Part shown: one piece after another, positions 8,986-17,902 of the stretch
Layout of the letters: every line of letters begins with the position of its first letter
Numbering within the stretch: the stretch's first letter is position 1
The notes under the pieces: model-generated
What the model saw: the letters and a program-made list of their open reading frames with translations, nothing else
What the model was told of the DNA's origin: nothing
Database searches by the model: none
Program-made: the position numbers and the translations under genes
Assembly (NCBI GenBank): GCA_035476655.1
Contig: DATILH010000218.1
Coordinates: 16,366 to 80,365 of the forward strand
Direction: 5' to 3'
Source: Variovorax sp.
GTDB taxonomy: Bacteria > Pseudomonadota > Gammaproteobacteria > Burkholderiales > Burkholderiaceae_C
Length of the DNA: 64,000 nucleotides

Positions 8986-9759
8986 ATGCGCATCGCCAGC
9001 TTCAATATCAACAACGTGCTCAGCCGCCTGCCGCAGCTGTGCGCCTGGCTCGAGGTGACCGCGCCGGACGTGGCCTGCCTGCAGGAACTCAAGTGCACGA
9101 GCGAGGCCTTTCCCATCGAGCCGCTGCGCGCGCTGGGCTATGAGGCACTGGTGCACGGGCAGAAAAGCTGGAACGGCGTGGCGATCCTGGCCAAGGGAGC
9201 GGCGCCGCTGGAAACGCGGCGCGGCCTGCCTGGCGACCCTTCAGACCGGCAAAGCCGCTACCTGGAGGCCGCCGTCAACGGCATCGTGGTCGGATGCCTC
9301 TACCTGCCCAACGGCAACCCTCAGCCAGGCCCCAAGTACGACTACAAGCTGGCCTGGTTCGAGCGCCTGCACGCGCAGGCGGCCGCGCTGCTGGCAACCG
9401 GCCATCCAGTGGTGCTGGCGGGCGACTACAACGTGGTGCCGACCGACTTCGACATCTACTCGATGGATTCCTGGCGCGACAACGCGCTGGTGCAGCCGGC
9501 CGTGCGGGCTGCCTATGCGCGGCTGCTGAAGCAAGGCTGGACCGATGCCGTGCGGCATTGCCGCCCCGAGCAGCCGAACTACACCTTCTGGAGCTACCTG
9601 CGCAACCGCTGGCCGCGCGACGCCGGCCTGCGCATCGACCACCTGCTGCTCAGCCCCACCCTCAAGCCGCGCCTGGCCGGCGCCGGCGTGGACCGGGCCA
9701 TGCGCGGCCTGGAAGGCGCCAGCGACCACGCGCCGGTGTGGCTCGAGTTGGCCGACTGA
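8986..9759 (+). CDS. xth: Exodeoxyribonuclease III (AP endonuclease)
   Basis: SFNINN, CLQELK, YLPNGNP, GDYNV, GLRIDHLL, SDHAPV motifs. Confidence 0.93.
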   Translation: MRIASFNINNVLSRLPQLCAWLEVTAPDVACLQELKCTSEAFPIEPLRALGYEALVHGQKSWNGVAILAKGAAPLETRRGLPGDPSDRQSRYLEAAVNGIVVGCLYLPNGNPQPGPKYDYKLAWFERLHAQAAALLATGHPVVLAGDYNVVPTDFDIYSMDSWRDNALVQPAVRAAYARLLKQGWTDAVRHCRPEQPNYTFWSYLRNRWPRDAGLRIDHLLLSPTLKPRLAGAGVDRAMRGLEGASDHAPVWLELAD

Positions 9760-9942
9760 TCAGCCCGATTGCGCCACGATGGGCAGCAGCCACTCGCGCG
9801 CCGCTTCGGCCGGCGGCTGCACGCGCAGCCGCTCGTCCTCCCACAGCTCGCCGGCAACCTGGTCCAGCTCCTGGGGGTCAACGGTGCGCCAATGCCGTTG
9901 CAGATGGTGGGCGCAAATGGCAATCCAGTCCTCGCGTGTCAT
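9760..9942 (-). CDS. Hypothetical 60-aa protein, probably SOS-regulated and leaderless
   Basis: Exactly fills the gap after xth; protein-like composition; LexA box and -10 element directly upstream. Confidence 0.7.
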   Translation of the reverse strand: MTREDWIAICAHHLQRHWRTVDPQELDQVAGELWEDERLRVQPPAEAAREWLLPIVAQSG

Positions 9943-9963
9943 GCGAGAAACTATAGTTGAAGA

Positions 9964-9979
9964 CTGTATAAATATCCAG
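9964..9979. promoter_or_regulatory. LexA (SOS) box CTGTATAAATATCCAG overlapping the promoter of the 60-aa gene
   Basis: Fits the CTG-N10-CAG beta/gammaproteobacterial SOS consensus with an AT-rich core; minus-strand TGGATA(9978-9973)-17 nt-TATAGT(9955-9950). Confidence 0.8.
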
Positions 9980-9983
9980 TCTT

Positions 9984-10406
9984 TTACAGCTTGTGCGTGG
10001 ACAGCAGGATGCTGGTCTCGGTGTTCGAGATGCCCTCGATGGCGCGGATCGCGTTGAGCAGGGTGTCGAAGGATTCCAGGGTGTCGGCGCGCAGTTCCGC
10101 CAGCAGGTCCCAGCGGCCGTTGGTGGTGTGCAGTGCCACCACCTGCGGATGGCCGCGCAGCGCGCGCAAGACCGCGTCGCCATGGTGGCCGTCGATGGCG
10201 ATGCTCATGTTGGCGCGGATGCCGTGCTGCTCCGATTCCGGCCGCAGGCGCACCGTGTAGCCGACGATGGTGCCCTCGCGCTCCAGCCGGGCGATGCGGT
10301 TCTGCACCGTGGCGCGCGCTACGCGCAGCTTGCGCGCCAGCTCGACCACCGACAGTCGGGCGTTGTCGCGCAGCAGGCTGACCAGGTGCCGATCGATGTC
10401 GTCCAT
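9984..10406 (-). CDS. Lrp/AsnC family transcriptional regulator
   Basis: MDDIDRHLVSLLRDNARLSVVELARKL HTH; TTNGRWDL; divergent from ocd. Confidence 0.92.
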   Translation of the reverse strand: MDDIDRHLVSLLRDNARLSVVELARKLRVARATVQNRIARLEREGTIVGYTVRLRPESEQHGIRANMSIAIDGHHGDAVLRALRGHPQVVALHTTNGRWDLLAELRADTLESFDTLLNAIRAIEGISNTETSILLSTHKL

Positions 10407-10521
10407 GGCGATATGACTAGTGATGCCGGCGATCTGCCAAGAACACCCGCAAAGTTGCCAAGTTGCAGGCTTCATTCTGGCAGCTCTGGGCCCAAGAATG
10501 CCACTTTCAGGGGAGCTCTTC

Positions 10522-11655
10522 ATGACCCAGTTCGTCGACCTGCCCACCATGTCGCGCCTTGTCCGGGAGCTCGGTCTGGCGCGCTTCATCGGCGAGCTGG
10601 CCGATGCCATCCGGGCCGACTTCCTGCGCTGGCCGCAATTCGACAAATCGCCCCGAGTCGTCAGCCATTCGCCAGGCGGCGTGATCGAGCTGATGCCGGT
10701 GTCCGACGGCCGGCGCTATGCCTTCAAGTACGTCAACGGCCATCCGGGCAATCCGGCGCGCGGGCTGTCGACGGTGATCGCCTTCGGCGTGCTGGCGGAG
10801 GTGGAGACGGGCTATCCCCTGCTCCTGTCCGAGATGACCCTGGCCACCGCCCTGCGCACCGCCGCCGCCTCGCTGGTGGCCGCACAGGCGCTGGCGCGCC
10901 CGGGCGCCCGCCGCATGGCGCTGATCGGCAACGGCGCTCAAGCCGAGTTTCAGGCCCTGGCCTTCCACTTTCACCTTGGCATCGACGAGATCACCTTGTT
11001 CGACGTCGATCCGCAGGCTAGCGACAAGCTGCTGCGCAACCTGGCACCCTACCCAGCGCTTGCGTTGCGGCGCGCCGGCTCCGTCGCCGAGGCGGTGCGC
11101 GGCGCGGACATCGTGACGACCATTACCGCCGACAAGCGCCGCGCCACCATCCTGGAGCCGGCCATGATCGAGCCGGGCATGCACATCAACGCAGTCGGCG
11201 GCGACTGCCCCGGCAAGACCGAACTGCATGCCGACATCCTGCGCGATGCACGGGTGGTCGTGGAATACGAGCCGCAAAGCCGTATCGAGGGCGAGATCCA
11301 GCAGATGCCGGCCGACTTCCCGGTGGTCGAGTTGTGCCAGGTGCTGGGCGGCTCCATTGCGGGCCGGCAGCATGACGCCCAGGTCACGATCTTCGATTCG
11401 GTCGGCTTCGCGCTGGAGGATTTCTCCGCCCTGCGCTATGTACACGAGCAGCTGCAGCACCTGGGCCGCCACATCGAGCTGGTGCCAGCCGCGGGGGACC
11501 CGAAGGATCTGTTCAGGCTGACCCGCGCCCAGCCGCCCGTCGCCGCCTACACTCGCGTCAGCCATGACGCAGCCGCAGCAAGAAGCCAAAGCGCAACCCC
11601 TGGTGACCGTCATCACGGCGCACGGCGGCAATCCGCTGTTGGCACGCTGCGTTGA
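10522..11655 (+). CDS. ocd: Ornithine cyclodeaminase
   Basis: GVIELMP, FKYVNGHP, TALRTAA, GNGAQAEFQ, GGDCPGKTEL, FDSVGFALED, DPKDLF. Confidence 0.93.
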   Translation: MTQFVDLPTMSRLVRELGLARFIGELADAIRADFLRWPQFDKSPRVVSHSPGGVIELMPVSDGRRYAFKYVNGHPGNPARGLSTVIAFGVLAEVETGYPLLLSEMTLATALRTAAASLVAAQALARPGARRMALIGNGAQAEFQALAFHFHLGIDEITLFDVDPQASDKLLRNLAPYPALALRRAGSVAEAVRGADIVTTITADKRRATILEPAMIEPGMHINAVGGDCPGKTELHADILRDARVVVEYEPQSRIEGEIQQMPADFPVVELCQVLGGSIAGRQHDAQVTIFDSVGFALEDFSALRYVHEQLQHLGRHIELVPAAGDPKDLFRLTRAQPPVAAYTRVSHDAAAARSQSATPGDRHHGARRQSAVGTLR

Positions 11656-12352
11656 ATCGGTCGCCGCCCAAAGCTGGGGCCAGATCCAGCACCTGGTGGT
11701 GGCCGACGGGCCGCACCACTGGGCACAGGCCAGATCCGTCGTCGATCGGGTGGCCGCTCAGCACCGCATCGACCTGATCCAGCTGCCCTACTCCATCGGC
11801 AAGGACCGCTGGAATGGCCACCGCATCTATGCCGCCGCCAGCTTCATCGCAGAAGGTGAGTACATCGCCTTCCTGGACGACGACAACGCCTTCGAGCCCG
11901 AGCACATCGAAAGCTGTCTCGAGCTTTGCCGGCAGGGCCGGCGCTGGTCCTATGCGCTGCGCAACATCGTCGATCGCGAGCACCGCTTCATCTGCCGCGA
12001 CGACTGCGAGAGCCTGGGCCGCTGGCCCAGCATCCTGCACCCCGAGGACTACCTGATCGACGTCAACTGCTACTTCCTGCCGCGCCTGCTGGCCGTGCAG
12101 ATCGCCCCCCTGTGGTTCAGGCGTTCTCGGGAACCCGGACAGCCGGAGGTCGACCGCGTGATCTGCCACGCGCTCAAGCGCATCGCACCGGAATTCGATT
12201 GCACCCACCGCTACTCGGTCAACTACCTGGCCGGCAACACGCCGACCTCGGTGCAGCCCGAGTTCTTCCTGCGCGGCAACGAGGAAATGCTGCGCCAGCA
12301 CGGCGGCCAGCTGCCGTGGAGAAGCGCTCAGGCCGGGCAGCGCGCCGGTTGA
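11564..12352 (+). CDS. Glycosyltransferase family 2 (GT-A)
   Basis: LVTVIT..SVAAQ..HLVVADG and YIAFLDDDN (DxD motif). Confidence 0.85.
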   Translation: MTQPQQEAKAQPLVTVITAHGGNPLLARCVESVAAQSWGQIQHLVVADGPHHWAQARSVVDRVAAQHRIDLIQLPYSIGKDRWNGHRIYAAASFIAEGEYIAFLDDDNAFEPEHIESCLELCRQGRRWSYALRNIVDREHRFICRDDCESLGRWPSILHPEDYLIDVNCYFLPRLLAVQIAPLWFRRSREPGQPEVDRVICHALKRIAPEFDCTHRYSVNYLAGNTPTSVQPEFFLRGNEEMLRQHGGQLPWRSAQAGQRAG

Positions 12353-12942
12353 TTGGCGGCCAGCGCCGCCACGTTGCGCGCAATCTCATCCGCCACCCGT
12401 GCGGTGATGCGCTGCGCGCTCTGCGCCACGCCGTCGGTGCCGCCGGCGGCCGGCTCGCTGAGCTGAAGCTGGCAGGCGAGCACGGAATCTTCATCACCGC
12501 GCCGCACGCTCCAGCCGAAGGCACCGTCGACCTTGCTGCCGGGCAGTGCATCGAACTGGCGCAGCTGCACCGCGATGCGATAGAGCGGAACCCCGCGCGG
12601 GCGCGCCGCCTTGGTCGCATCGAAGGCCGACAGCCGCCCCGCGATGGCGGCGCCGAGCGCATCGCGCAGCTCGTACTCGAAAGAAGACGACCAGCGCGAC
12701 TGCTCCAGCACCTCGACCTCGGCCACGGGCGAGTTCGATTGGCGCACCACGAGCTGCGGCCGCGCCAGGCGCTCGGGCATGGCCACCGGCGCCATTTCGA
12801 TCGCCAGCGGCGGCTGGTCGGGCGCGCGCAGCACGCTGGCTGCGGGCGCGGCCTCGGCCAGCGTGTAGTAGCGCGTCGCCGTGCCGGCGCAGCCGGCCAG
12901 CAGCATCAACCCGAAGGCCGGCAGGCCCATGTTCTTCTTCAT
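12328..12942 (-). CDS. pqiC: PqiC family lipoprotein
   Basis: Lipobox LLAGC, TRYYTL, LARPQLVVR; ATGA overlap with the pqiB stop. Confidence 0.85.
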   Translation of the reverse strand: MKKNMGLPAFGLMLLAGCAGTATRYYTLAEAAPAASVLRAPDQPPLAIEMAPVAMPERLARPQLVVRQSNSPVAEVEVLEQSRWSSSFEYELRDALGAAIAGRLSAFDATKAARPRGVPLYRIAVQLRQFDALPGSKVDGAFGWSVRRGDEDSVLACQLQLSEPAAGGTDGVAQSAQRITARVADEIARNVAALAANQPARCPA

Positions 12943-14588
12943 TTCTTGCTGTCCTCCGGCTTGCCGCGCAAGAGCGATTCGGGATGGCGTTCCAGGTAGT
13001 CGGTGAGGATGCGCAGCGAGGCGGCGGCACGGCTCAGCTCCTGCAGGGTCTGGCGCATGTCCTGCTGCAGCGGCGAATCGCTGGCGATGGTGCGCTCGGC
13101 CGAGCCGAGGGTCTTGCGCACGTCCTTCAAGGCGGCAGCGATCTCGGGCGAGACGTCGTTGTTGAGCTGCTGGCTCAGCTTCTCCACGCTCTTGAAGGTC
13201 TTGTCGAGCGAGGCCAGCGCGACGCGCGCGTCCTGGCCGATCTGCTCGAAAGGCACCTTGTTGAACTTGGCGACGATTTCCTGCACCTGCGCCTGCAGAT
13301 CGTCCAGGCTGTTGGGCACGGTGGGCAGTTCGATCGGCGAAACCTCGGTGTCGACCTTGACCGGCGTCGACTTGGGGAAGAAGTCGAGCGCCACGTAGAT
13401 CTGGCCGGTCAGCAGGTTGCCGGTGCGCAGCTGGGCGCGCAGTCCCTTGCCGACCAGCCAGCGCAGGCGCTGCTCCGGCGTCCATCGGCTGTCCGCTTGG
13501 AGCTCCTGTGCACGCCGGCGCAAGCGTTCGGGATAGACCTCGACGAACACCGGCATGCGGAACTGGCGCTCCTCGCGGTCGAATTCGACGCCGATCGATT
13601 TCACCTCGCCGATCACGATGCCGCGGAAGTCCACCGGCGCGCCGGGGGTGAGGCCGCGCAGCGACTGGTTGAAGTAGAACAGCATGCTGATCGCCTCGCC
13701 GTCGGGTTCGCGCAGGGCCAGGCTTTCGTCCTGCGCCAGCGCAAAGACGGTGTTCTCGGCCGCCGTCGGGCCGGCCTCATCGTCGGGCGCCTGGAAGGCG
13801 ATGCCGCCCAGCACGATGGTGGCGAGCGACTGGGTGCGCAGCGAGACGCCGGAGGCACTGAGCTGCACGTCGATGCCGCTGGCATGCCAGAAGCGCGTGT
13901 TGACCCCCACGAACTTGTCGTAGGGCGCGTTGACGAAGACGCGCAGGGTGACGCCGCGGCCGTCGCCGTCGAGCTGGTAGGCGGCCACCTGGCCCACCTT
14001 GATGCGCCGGAAGAACACCGGCGAGCCGATGTCGAGCGAGCCCACGTCCTTGGCACGCAGCACGAACTGCCGCCCGGAGGCGCCGCGCGTGATGATGGGC
14101 GGCTGCTCCAGGCCCTTGAATTCGCTCTCGGTCTCTTCCGAGGCGCCGGCGTCGACGCCGATATAGGCGCCGGACAGCAAGGTGCCGAGGCCGGAAATGC
14201 CCGAGGTATCCAGCCGCGGCCGCACCACCCAGTAGCGGGTGTCGGCCGCGGTGAAGCCTTCGGCATCCTTCTTGAGCTGGACCTTCACCTTGACATGCGA
14301 GCGGTCGCGCGCCAGCCGGATCGTCTCCACCATGCCGATCTGCACGTCCTTGTACCTGACGGCGGTCTTGCCGGCCTCCAGGCCCTCGGCGCTGAGGAAG
14401 GAGATCTCGATCTCGGGGCCGCGCTCGCGCAGGATATTGGCCACCAGGAACAGGCCGACCAGCGCCGCCACGATCGGGATCAACCAGATCAGCGAAGGCA
14501 CCCAGTTGCGGCGCTTGGCCACCACGGGTTCGGGCAACGCGTCGGGCGCGGGTGCAGCAGAGGTGTCGTTCGGGTCGTCGGCGCTCAT
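12939..14588 (-). CDS. pqiB: PqiB (MCE-domain intermembrane transport protein)
   Basis: WLIPIVAA, EGLEAGKT, GLGTLLSGAYI, GLRAQLRTGNLLTGQ, YLERHPESLLRG. Confidence 0.93.
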   Translation of the reverse strand: MSADDPNDTSAAPAPDALPEPVVAKRRNWVPSLIWLIPIVAALVGLFLVANILRERGPEIEISFLSAEGLEAGKTAVRYKDVQIGMVETIRLARDRSHVKVKVQLKKDAEGFTAADTRYWVVRPRLDTSGISGLGTLLSGAYIGVDAGASEETESEFKGLEQPPIITRGASGRQFVLRAKDVGSLDIGSPVFFRRIKVGQVAAYQLDGDGRGVTLRVFVNAPYDKFVGVNTRFWHASGIDVQLSASGVSLRTQSLATIVLGGIAFQAPDDEAGPTAAENTVFALAQDESLALREPDGEAISMLFYFNQSLRGLTPGAPVDFRGIVIGEVKSIGVEFDREERQFRMPVFVEVYPERLRRRAQELQADSRWTPEQRLRWLVGKGLRAQLRTGNLLTGQIYVALDFFPKSTPVKVDTEVSPIELPTVPNSLDDLQAQVQEIVAKFNKVPFEQIGQDARVALASLDKTFKSVEKLSQQLNNDVSPEIAAALKDVRKTLGSAERTIASDSPLQQDMRQTLQELSRAAASLRILTDYLERHPESLLRGKPEDSKK

Positions 14589-15262
14589 GCGGTCTTTTCG
14601 GGCCTCGTCGTGTTGCGGATGTTCGGCGCCGGATTGTCGGCCACCGGCACATCGTCCCAGGTCAGGCGTGGATCGAAGCTCATCGAGGCCAGCATGGTCA
14701 GCACCACCACGCCGCCGAAGGCGGCAATGCCCAGCCCGGCGTAGATATCGGCAAAGCCCTGGATGTGGACCAACCCGGCCAGCAGCGAGACCACGAAGAC
14801 GTCCAGCATCGACCAGCGCCCGATGAACTCGATGATGCGGTAGAGCGTAGCGCGTTCCTGCCGCCGCCAGGCGCTGTGGCGCCCGGCCGTGGCGGCCAGG
14901 AGCGCCAATGCCACCAGCTTGAACAGCGGCACCAGGAAGCTGGCGATGAAGATGATGGCGGCCAGCCCCCAGGCGCCCGACACCCAGAAGTAGATGATGC
15001 CGCTCATGATGGTGTCGTACTGCGCGCCGAAGAAGGTGCGGGTGATCATCACCGGCAGCAGGTTGGCCGGCAGGTACAGGATGGCCGCTGCGATCAGCAG
15101 CGCCCAGGTGCGGTTCAGGCTGTCGCGCTTGCGCCGGTGCAGGTGGGTGCCGCAACGCGCGCAGGCCGCACCCTCGGCGGCGCCGCGCCACACCGTGCCG
15201 CAGTGGTGGCAGGCCAGCAGGCCGCGCCCGGCGGCCGTCTCGAAGCGTTCGACGCCGTTCAT
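14585..15262 (-). CDS. pqiA: Paraquat-inducible protein A (C-terminal-type half)
   Basis: CHHC..CARC, LYLPANLLPVM, GRWSMLDVFVV, SFDPRLTWD. Confidence 0.9.
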   Translation of the reverse strand: MNGVERFETAAGRGLLACHHCGTVWRGAAEGAACARCGTHLHRRKRDSLNRTWALLIAAAILYLPANLLPVMITRTFFGAQYDTIMSGIIYFWVSGAWGLAAIIFIASFLVPLFKLVALALLAATAGRHSAWRRQERATLYRIIEFIGRWSMLDVFVVSLLAGLVHIQGFADIYAGLGIAAFGGVVVLTMLASMSFDPRLTWDDVPVADNPAPNIRNTTRPEKTA

Positions 15263-15885
15263 GAACGAGGCGCCTCCTGGCCCTCGAACACGATGCGCCA
15301 GAAGGCCTTGGGGTCGAAGGCGAGCACCGCCGTCAGCAGCACCGTCAGGCCCACGAAGGCCCACAGCGCCGCGCCCGGCAGCACCCGCGCCATGCCCGAA
15401 AGCTTGACGATGGCCACCAGAACGCCGAGCAGGAAGACCTCGATCATTCCCCAGGGCCGCACCACCTGCATGGCGCGCACCAGGATGTTGAAGCCGGCCG
15501 GCCGCAGGCGCCGCGCCGAGATCGGCAGCAGCAAGTAAAGCAGGATGCACAGCTGCACCAGCGGAAAGAGGATGGTGGTGGCCAGCACCAGCAGGCCCAC
15601 TTCCGCCGTGCCGCCCTGCGACAGCGCGAGCACGGCGCCGGCCAGGGTGGTCTGGCTGCGCAAGCCCTGCACCTCGATCTCGACGATGGGAAAGAGGTTG
15701 GCGATGGCAAACAGGATCAGGCAGGCCACCGTGAGCGGCAGGATGCGCTCGTGCATCCTGCCCCAGTGGCGCTCCAGTTCGGTGCCGCAGCGCCGGCAAT
15801 GCGCCACTTCGCGCCGGCGCAGACGCGGGCGCGGGTAGAGCGCGTCGCAGCCCTCACAGGCCATCAGGTCGGGGACTTCCTGCAT
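15259..15885 (-). CDS. pqiA: Paraquat-inducible protein A (N-terminal-type half)
   Basis: CEGCD..CRRCG, ANLFPI, PWGMIEVFLLG. Confidence 0.9.
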   Translation of the reverse strand: MQEVPDLMACEGCDALYPRPRLRRREVAHCRRCGTELERHWGRMHERILPLTVACLILFAIANLFPIVEIEVQGLRSQTTLAGAVLALSQGGTAEVGLLVLATTILFPLVQLCILLYLLLPISARRLRPAGFNILVRAMQVVRPWGMIEVFLLGVLVAIVKLSGMARVLPGAALWAFVGLTVLLTAVLAFDPKAFWRIVFEGQEAPRS

Positions 15886-15943
15886 AGGGCGGAACCCTAA
15901 CCGATAACCGGGGCGGGCGTGCAATCCCCCCGCCCGCGGATTC

Positions 15944-16849
15944 CTATTGCTCGCGCAGCGCCGCCTTCAGTTGGGCGCCGATCTCCGGGCGCTCCAGGAA
16001 AGGATCGGCCGGGTTGGTGCCGGCGACGATGCCCTCCATCCGGCTCTTTACATTGCCCAGCGCCTTGGGGTGGCTGTAGATGTAGAACTGGTCCTGCTCG
16101 ATGGCACGGAAGACCACCTCTGCCACCTCGGCCGCGGTCACCTTGCCGCTGCTCACCGCCTTCTCGCTCATGGCCTTGCCGATCAGTTGGCTCTTGGTGG
16201 GCTTCTCGCTTGCCATCTGGCCCGGGCGGTTTCGTTCGCTGGCGGCGATTCCGGTGGGCACGAAGTACGGGCACAGCAGGCTGGCGCCGATCTGGTCGGT
16301 CACCAGGCGCAGGTCCTGGTACATGGTCTCGGTCAGGCTCACCACCGCCGCCTTGGCGGCGTTGTAGATGCCCATGTTGGGCGGCGTCAGCAGGCCTGCC
16401 ATGCTGGCGGTGTTGGTGACATGGCCGCGCCAGGCCGGGTCCTTCGCGGCGGCTTCCAGCATCATCGGCACGAACAGGCGGATGCCGTGCACCACGCCCA
16501 TCAGGTCGACGCCCAGCACCCAGTCCCAGTCGGCCACGGTGTTCTCCCACACCAGGCCGCCGGAGCCGACACCAGCGTTGTTGAACACGAAGTGCGGCGC
16601 CCCGAAGCGCTCCTTCACTGCATGGGCCAGGATTTCCATCTGCTGGGCGTTCGAGACGTCGACCTTGCGCGCCAGCACCTGGGCGCCGGCTGCCTCCATC
16701 TCGGCCCTGGCCTTGTCCAAGGCGTCCTGCTGCACGTCGACCAGCACCAGGTTCATGCCACGCGCCGCGCCGATGCGCGCGCACTCCAGGCCGAAGCCCG
16801 AGCCGGCGCCGGTGAGGACGGCCGTCTTGCCCTTGAAATCACGAATCAT
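15944..16849 (-). CDS. SDR family oxidoreductase
   Basis: TGAGSGFG, NNAG, YNAAK. Confidence 0.92.
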   Translation of the reverse strand: MIRDFKGKTAVLTGAGSGFGLECARIGAARGMNLVLVDVQQDALDKARAEMEAAGAQVLARKVDVSNAQQMEILAHAVKERFGAPHFVFNNAGVGSGGLVWENTVADWDWVLGVDLMGVVHGIRLFVPMMLEAAAKDPAWRGHVTNTASMAGLLTPPNMGIYNAAKAAVVSLTETMYQDLRLVTDQIGASLLCPYFVPTGIAASERNRPGQMASEKPTKSQLIGKAMSEKAVSSGKVTAAEVAEVVFRAIEQDQFYIYSHPKALGNVKSRMEGIVAGTNPADPFLERPEIGAQLKAALREQ

Positions 16850-16918
16850 CCGAGTGCTCCATTTGTTCGTGGCTATTGGACGGTCTGGCACGCGCCTTGT
16901 CTGTCCTTCAGGCGACGC

Positions 16919-17890
16919 TCAGGTCACCGGGTAGTAGCCGATCTTGCGAACCACGCGGCCGATCTCCCGGCAGACTCCGCCGCCCGGCCGCGAGTCCAGC
17001 AGGCAGCGCAGCAGCGCGTCCTGTCGCACCATCTCGAGGGCCGCGCGCAGGAAGGGGTTGGCTTGCGCCTCCGCACCGCGCAGGCGCGGAAAGTAGCCGG
17101 TGCGTGCCACATAGTCGTTCAGCAGCCAACTGAGCACCACCCCCTTGGCGCGGCGCAGCGCCCGCCCCGCCAGCGGATGGTTGGCGGCGCGCAACTGCTG
17201 CGCGACCTGCTGGTACAGCATGGGCCAGCAGTCGGTCGTCACGGCACTCGAATGGACGGCATCCTGGTCTGGATGGCGCCGCCAGTAGCTGATCGGCTGC
17301 GCGACCGCGTGAAGCTTGAACGCGCTCGCGTTCGCGTAGATCCAGAGCCAGTCATTGCCGCTGTGCGGCTTGGCCACGAAGGGCCGCTCCAGCAGCTTGG
17401 CACGCCGGGTGATCGTCAGGACCGGGAACGCCGCCCCTTGCGTGACCGCCCGCGCGAGGAACTCCAGCGAATCCATCGGGCCGGCCGGATAGACCCGGTG
17501 CGTGAAGGCATTCTCGATGGCCTCGTCGAAGGTGCAGAAGGAACCGAAGAACACATCGAGCTGCGGATCGGCGCGGTAGGCCGCCGCGAACATCTCATAG
17601 GCCTGCGCCACGATGATGTCGTCGCTGCACAGGATCGAGACGAACTCACCCGTGGCCAGTTCCGCGCCCCTGTTCCAGTTGCCGAACAGGCCCAGGTTCG
17701 CCTCATTGCGCAGGTATCGGACCTTGTCGCTGCCGCAGGATTCGACGATGCGCTCGAATTCGTCGTGCTCCGAATGGTCGTCCACCACCAGGATCTCCTG
17801 GCAGCCCTCGACCTTCACGGCCGAGGCCAGCGCTTCGCGAAAGCCGAAGGTCCGGCGGTACACCGGCATCGCGATGGAGTACGTCGGCAT
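16919..17890 (-). CDS. Glycosyltransferase family 2
   Basis: SIAMPVY, ILVVDDHS, NLGLFGNWN, CSDD. Confidence 0.88.
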   Translation of the reverse strand: MPTYSIAMPVYRRTFGFREALASAVKVEGCQEILVVDDHSEHDEFERIVESCGSDKVRYLRNEANLGLFGNWNRGAELATGEFVSILCSDDIIVAQAYEMFAAAYRADPQLDVFFGSFCTFDEAIENAFTHRVYPAGPMDSLEFLARAVTQGAAFPVLTITRRAKLLERPFVAKPHSGNDWLWIYANASAFKLHAVAQPISYWRRHPDQDAVHSSAVTTDCWPMLYQQVAQQLRAANHPLAGRALRRAKGVVLSWLLNDYVARTGYFPRLRGAEAQANPFLRAALEMVRQDALLRCLLDSRPGGGVCREIGRVVRKIGYYPVT

Positions 17891-17902
17891 CGAGTCGCAT
17901 CG

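Noticed and set aside
14585..15885. pqiA in two ORFs as a possible pseudogene
   Set aside because: Each half has its own CxxC pairs and start, joined by ATGA coupling; split pqiA is a common natural arrangement.
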